47,590 nucleotides of DNA, from positions 1 to 47,590 of IMG/VR virus record IMGVR_UViG_3300016665_000364, one strand, 5' to 3'. Origin of the DNA: a virus. Taxonomy: Duplodnaviria > Caudoviricetes. The number at the start of each line of letters is the position of its first letter. Position 1 is the stretch's first letter. The translations under genes and the position numbers were made by a program. Positions 44,287-47,590 of the stretch are shown here, one piece after another. The notes below the pieces were generated by a model. That model made no database searches and was not told where the DNA came from. It saw only the letters and a list, made by a program, of their open reading frames with translations.

Positions 44287-44381
44287 GACACTCCGGTTGT
44301 TCTTGAGAGGGACGATTCGGCGTGAGACCTCTCGCGAGGTCCGGTGGGCCACCGTTGACGCGGTGGCTCTCTGTCTTTTTG
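44287..44381 (+). ncRNA. Putative antisense sRNA upstream of the replication genes
   Basis: TACGGT -10 at 44275-44280; a G-U-rich hairpin, GACCTC/GAGGTC hairpin, then GGGCCACCG/CGGTGGCTC hairpin and T run 44376-44380. Confidence 0.45.
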
Positions 44382-44407
44382 CGCAGACAGAACGGGCGCT
44401 TGCGGTG

Positions 44408-44620
44408 CTAGGCCGCGGTGTCGTGGAGCGCGCACCCGCCCTCGAACAACACGCACCCCGGGCACGTCGCCGCGGGGTCGCCCGTGCCCATCCAGGCGGC
44501 CTGCCGTGGCGACAGGTCGACGGTGACCGGGATGAATTCGATGCGTTCGACGTCGAACGAGGCGTCCTCGTCCGCGGGGAGGCGGAGCGTGCGGCCGAGG
44601 AACAGGCCGAGTTGGGTCAC
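44408..44620 (-). CDS. Hypothetical protein with CxxC..C.H
   Basis: GTGA overlap start; CPGC...GCALH. Confidence 0.5.
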   Translation of the reverse strand: MTQLGLFLGRTLRLPADEDASFDVERIEFIPVTVDLSPRQAAWMGTGDPAATCPGCVLFEGGCALHDTAA

Positions 44621-44946
44621 GCCGCCCTCATCTGGTCGCGCCGCCACACGCACCAGTTGCACGAGCACCACGGCTGGGCCGGATGCTCGGCGCGTCCATT
44701 CGGCGCTTTCTGCCGTGCGGCCTTCGCTGCGCGCGCGTGGCGCTCGGACTTCGCGCGGATGCCGAGCGCGACCTCCAGCCGCTGGAGATGGCGATCGGAA
44801 ATGCCAAGCGCTGCGGACACCGCGTCGGCCGTCTTGTGCGTGTCGAACAGCCCGCGCAGTTCCGACGCCGCTGCGTCTCTGATGGGCCCTGCGACACGGC
44901 TGCACGCCATCAGCGCAGCCGGCAGCCCAGACTTCTTGCGTCCCAT
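44617..44946 (-). CDS. HTH protein with C-terminal HPxQxWCSCxWC motif
   Basis: TADAVSAALGISDRHLQRL HTH; HPAQPWCSCNWCV. Confidence 0.65.
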   Translation of the reverse strand: MGRKKSGLPAALMACSRVAGPIRDAAASELRGLFDTHKTADAVSAALGISDRHLQRLEVALGIRAKSERHARAAKAARQKAPNGRAEHPAQPWCSCNWCVWRRDQMRAA

Positions 44947-45206
44947 CACGCCGCCTCGACGTTGTGGAACGCCGCGAGGCGCTCGGCCATCCGACCGCGG
45001 ACCTTGGCCATCGTCATCGCGCGGCCGTCGTCCGACCACACGCGCGACTGGGCATCGACGCGGACGCGGTTGTGCTCCAGGCAGTCCTCCAGCGTGCCGA
45101 CGAACACCGTCACGCCGCTCCCGGCGACGCCGAGCTTCACGCTGTACGTCTGCACACCATTGCGCGTCTCCGAATCGGACGCACGCTTGTGGCGATGCGC
45201 GCTCAT
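44946..45206 (-). CDS. Hypothetical protein (86 aa)
   Basis: Overlap-coupled within the cro operon. Confidence 0.5.
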   Translation of the reverse strand: MSAHRHKRASDSETRNGVQTYSVKLGVAGSGVTVFVGTLEDCLEHNRVRVDAQSRVWSDDGRAMTMAKVRGRMAERLAAFHNVEAA

Positions 45207-45379
45207 CCGACGACACCCCGCAGCGCGCGGCCGAGCAGTTCGCCGTCACGCATGGCGCGGCGCATGTCGTCGTCCATGTCGTCGCGGAGCACGCGAGCGG
45301 GCGACGGAGTGAGTCGGAGCGCGGCATCCATCAGGATCGACGCGGCGCGGACACAGAGCAGAGCGAGCGATTTCTTCAT
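45203..45379 (-). CDS. Hypothetical protein (58 aa)
   Basis: GAGG RBS before ATG 45379; ATGA overlap downstream. Confidence 0.5.
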   Translation of the reverse strand: MKKSLALLCVRAASILMDAALRLTPSPARVLRDDMDDDMRRAMRDGELLGRALRGVVG

Positions 45380-45464
45380 CGTGGTTGACCTCAGCGCGCA
45401 CGAATCCATGCCCCGTGCGGCGCGCAGCGCGGCGGGGTGGTCACGTCACAGCTCTGGCAGCGGA

Positions 45465-45713
45465 CTACGCTGCGCGATCGACCATTGGCGCCACGGCCCA
45501 CAAGCGGGCCGCGATGCCGGTCACGTTCTCGATGACGGCGAGCGAGAGCGCGTCAGGCCGACGATCTCCCTTCAACCACCGCCCGATCGTCGAGTCGGAC
45601 ACGCCACAGCGGTCCGCGAGCGACGACTTGTTCAACCCTCGATCGACCATCACCTGAGCGAGCAGACGCGCTCCCTCCGATGGCCCTGCGAGCCTCATCC
45701 GTCGTTTGGCCAT
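45465..45713 (-). CDS. cro: Cro-like XRE HTH regulator
   Basis: LNKSSLADRCGVSDSTIGRWLKGDRRP; short, divergent from the repressor, heads the replication operon. Confidence 0.8.
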   Translation of the reverse strand: MAKRRMRLAGPSEGARLLAQVMVDRGLNKSSLADRCGVSDSTIGRWLKGDRRPDALSLAVIENVTGIAARLWAVAPMVDRAA

Positions 45714-45725
45714 GCGCAACCATTA

Positions 45726-45792
45726 CTGCCACTTGGCAGAGTCTGTCAAGCGGTGAGCAGAAGCGCGCACCCGCGAGTCTGCCAAATGGTGC
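45726..45792. promoter_or_regulatory. cro/cI operators and cro promoter
   Basis: CTGCCA-CT-TGGCAG (45726-45739), CTGTCA-AG-CGGTGA (45743-45756), CTGCCA-AA-TGGTGC (45779-45792); minus-strand TTGACA at 45744-45749. Confidence 0.8.
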
Positions 45793-45796
45793 GACA

Positions 45797-46273
45797 ATGG
45801 CCGATGTGTTGAGCCCGTTTTCGCAGCGTTTGTCGTTCGCCCTGGCTCGTCTTGGCGTGAGCAAGAAGGAGCTCGAGCGCCGAGCGGCCCTGTCTTCTGG
45901 CACAGTCAGCCGGTACACAAACGGCGCCCGTGGCGGCAACGTTGGGGCAGACGTGTCGACGCGTATCGCGAAGGCGCTGGGCATCAACCACGAGTGGCTG
46001 ATCCACGGCGAAGGCGAGATGCTCGCCCCGACCACGGTCGCCCCGCGCGATCCTCACCCCAACCGGTCGCCGGTCTTGGAGACGGAGGCGTTCAAGAGCG
46101 CGCATCCGCAGGTTCAAGAGTGGCTGGCGTCGCGCGTGCTGCCGAAGGACATGTCGACGGAGAACTGGCTGCGCGCACTGAACGCAGCCGCCGTGCTGTA
46201 CGAGCTGAAGCTGCTCTACTCGGGTCGCCCGCCGCGAAAAGCGAAGGCGCCGATCAAGCAGTCGGACACCTGA
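45797..46273 (+). CDS. cI: CI-like XRE repressor without S24 peptidase domain
   Basis: RL..AL..LGVSKKELERRAALSSGTVSRY, IAKALGINHEWLIHGEGEM. Confidence 0.85.
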   Translation: MADVLSPFSQRLSFALARLGVSKKELERRAALSSGTVSRYTNGARGGNVGADVSTRIAKALGINHEWLIHGEGEMLAPTTVAPRDPHPNRSPVLETEAFKSAHPQVQEWLASRVLPKDMSTENWLRALNAAAVLYELKLLYSGRPPRKAKAPIKQSDT

Positions 46274-46512
46274 GCCACGTCTAGCGCCACGCGCCACCTG
46301 CGCGCGGCATGGGCGACGACGGCATCCGCGATGACGTGCGCCGTGGCGTCCGGGTGCGTGTAGAGCACCGTCCAGGAGCCGACGGCCGTAGCGTGGTGCG
46401 TGCCTGCTGGCACGCCTTCGTCCTCACACAGCAGCGCGCCGAGCTCGCGGGCGATTGCCTCAAGGTTGCTGCCCAGAGCGGCGAGCGAGCGAGCGGCGAC
46501 TTGCGGATCCAT
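46216..46512 (-). CDS. Hypothetical protein convergent with cI
   Basis: AAGGAG RBS before ATG 46512; 3' end overlaps the cI 3' end. Confidence 0.5.
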   Translation of the reverse strand: MDPQVAARSLAALGSNLEAIARELGALLCEDEGVPAGTHHATAVGSWTVLYTHPDATAHVIADAVVAHAARRWRVALDVAQVSDCLIGAFAFRGGRPE

Positions 46513-46623
46513 CGAATCTCCTTGTTGGTGGTGCACGTCGAGTAGGTCGACCGTGCGCCCGCTCCAGTTGCGTGTCCAGCGTAGACACTGAACACGCGGA
46601 CAGGATATTTCCGGGCATCCATC

Positions 46624-46658
46624 CTGCCACTTGACAGACTCTGCCAGTCGGCTATGTT
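46624..46658 (+). promoter_or_regulatory. Early (pL-like) promoter overlapped by two operators
   Basis: TTGACA (46631-46636), 16-bp spacer, TATGTT (46653-46658); CTGCCA-CT-TGACAG (46624-46637) and CTGCCA-GT-CGGCTA (46641-46654). Confidence 0.8.
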
Positions 46659-46776
46659 GGTTCACGTCAGCAGCGAGCACGTCGGGGTTCCGACCAGCGC
46701 AGGAAGCACGGCCCCCGGGCCACCGCCGAGACCGCGAAACCGCTGCGACACCAACCACCAACGCGAGGGGACCGCG

Positions 46777-47142
46777 ATGGACTCAGTTTTCGTGATGGCT
46801 CGCTGCTCGGATTTCGACGAGTGGCACAAGGCTCGGTCGAATCCGGCTGACCGCACGACGTACGCGTTTCTCGACCTGACCGAGGCCGAGGTCTACGCGA
46901 ACAACCTCCAGAACTCGCAGTACCTGTACGACCGCGGCGACGCGGAAACGGACTGGGTGTTCCGGGTGCCGCTGAGCGAGATCGAGGATGCTCCGTGCTG
47001 CGCCGAGTGCGGCAAGTACCGCCTCGACCTGGAGACGGAGTGGGTGCTCGGCGACTCGCGCGAGGTGTGCCCGAACGGGTGCAGCCGCCGGTCGCAGCGT
47101 GAGGAGGCTCGGCTCGAACTGTACCTCGTCGAGGTGCGGTGA
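46777..47142 (+). CDS. Hypothetical protein with zinc ribbon
   Basis: GAGGGG RBS; CAEC...CPNGC. Confidence 0.65.
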   Translation: MDSVFVMARCSDFDEWHKARSNPADRTTYAFLDLTEAEVYANNLQNSQYLYDRGDAETDWVFRVPLSEIEDAPCCAECGKYRLDLETEWVLGDSREVCPNGCSRRSQREEARLELYLVEVR

Positions 47143-47405
47143 TGAGCCCGCTCCGCGCATTCCGCTCTGCCCCCGAGGCGGAGCGCAACGCGCTGGTCGC
47201 GTGCCTGCGGCGCAAGGCCGCGGGCGTCGCGTCGGCGACGCGCGAGGAGCGCATCGTGGACCAGGCCGCGTACGCGGCGGGTCTGACGGCGCACGAGTAC
47301 GACGAGCGCGGCGTGCTGACCGAGCGCGTGGTGCCGACCGTCGCGGGCCGCGTGTGGCTCGCTGCGGCGGCGCTCGCCGAGGCCGTGAACGCGGAGGCCG
47401 AGTGA
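47139..47405 (+). CDS. Hypothetical protein (88 aa)
   Basis: GTGA overlap; GAGGTG RBS. Confidence 0.55.
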   Translation: MMSPLRAFRSAPEAERNALVACLRRKAAGVASATREERIVDQAAYAAGLTAHEYDERGVLTERVVPTVAGRVWLAAAALAEAVNAEAE

Positions 47406-47548
47406 CCACCATCGGCGAGCTCGCCGCGCTCGGGATCCGGCTGCGCTACGTGCGCGCCGGCTCGCTCGAGTGGATGCACGAGAGCCTGACGGCGACCGCT
47501 CGGCGGGCCGTGGGCGTGGCGATTCTGCGCCGGCATCGGCGCGCCTGA
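47402..47548 (+). CDS. Hypothetical protein (48 aa)
   Basis: GGAGG RBS and GTGA overlap start; VTTIGELAALGIRLRY... Confidence 0.45.
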   Translation: MTTIGELAALGIRLRYVRAGSLEWMHESLTATARRAVGVAILRRHRRA

Positions 47549-47571
47549 TTCAGCAACAAGGGGACAAGACA

Positions 47572-47590
47572 ATGGCAAACGACAACAACG
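47572..47590 (+). CDS. 5' end of truncated gene (MANDNN...)
   Basis: AAGGGG RBS then ATG; runs off the window. Confidence 0.45.

Larger units (their letters stand above)
1..47590. mobile_element. Temperate podovirus-like bacteriophage, near-complete, excised (attP) configuration
   Basis: Integrase, attP, cI/cro, replication, terS/terL, portal, scaffold, capsid, tail nozzle, ejection proteins and endolysin are present. There are no host housekeeping genes and no tape-measure or sheath gene. The two ends do not overlap, so part of the early operon is missing. Confidence 0.93.

Noticed and set aside
44408-45713. Many proteins ending in AA as ClpXP degrons
   Set aside because: Most are explained by the overlapping RBS and start of the next gene (GAGG-CGGC-GTGA reads as E/R-A-A-stop); Cro is a possible exception, but there is no independent support.
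1-47590. Terminal repeats or a complete circular genome; DGR, retron or intein
   Set aside because: The two ends do not overlap and both cut genes; no reverse transcriptase or intein motifs were seen.
1-47590. Specific host assignment (e.g. Myxococcota)
   Set aside because: High GC, a lipoprotein and an lpxA-like gene are compatible with a GC-rich diderm but not diagnostic; it needs a match of the att core to a genome.

Overview
The whole window reads as most of the genome of a GC-rich temperate tailed phage with a podovirus-like layout. It is in the excised state: an intact attP (3' half of tRNA-His-GUG, 3245-3293) lies next to a tyrosine integrase with phage genes on both sides. The window breaks inside the plus-strand early operon (46.6 kb to the end, then 1-3.2 kb: small ORFs, xis, int). 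A cro/cI switch with shared 14-bp operators sits at 45.4-46.7 kb. A long minus-strand run follows. It starts with replication genes (SF2 helicase, HNH/VRR-NUC fusion, primase-VapE helicase, iteron-rich origin) and terS. Next come a nucleotide-sugar cassette (DegT aminotransferase, Gfo/Idh/MocA dehydrogenase, LpxA-like acyltransferase, GT2-TPR glycosyltransferase, GNAT), then terL, portal, scaffold, capsid, adaptor and tail fibre. After these are a second GT2-TPR, the tail nozzle, duplicated ejection-type proteins, SGNH/LamG/collagen appendage genes and a GH73 endolysin. The run ends with an HTH-metallophosphoesterase/HExxH/MazG-like cassette and an HNH gene. The main candidate for a new system is a phage-encoded GnnA/GnnB/LpxA-like (or WlbABC-like) 2,3-diamino-sugar pathway paired with two protein-type glycosyltransferases among the virion genes, suggesting self-supplied virion glycosylation. 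Also seen: two probable cis-antisense sRNAs, a leaderless antisense lipoprotein gene, and a 10-bp-periodic motif upstream of late gene blocks. All calls come from reading motifs by eye; no searches were run, and start codons are best estimates.
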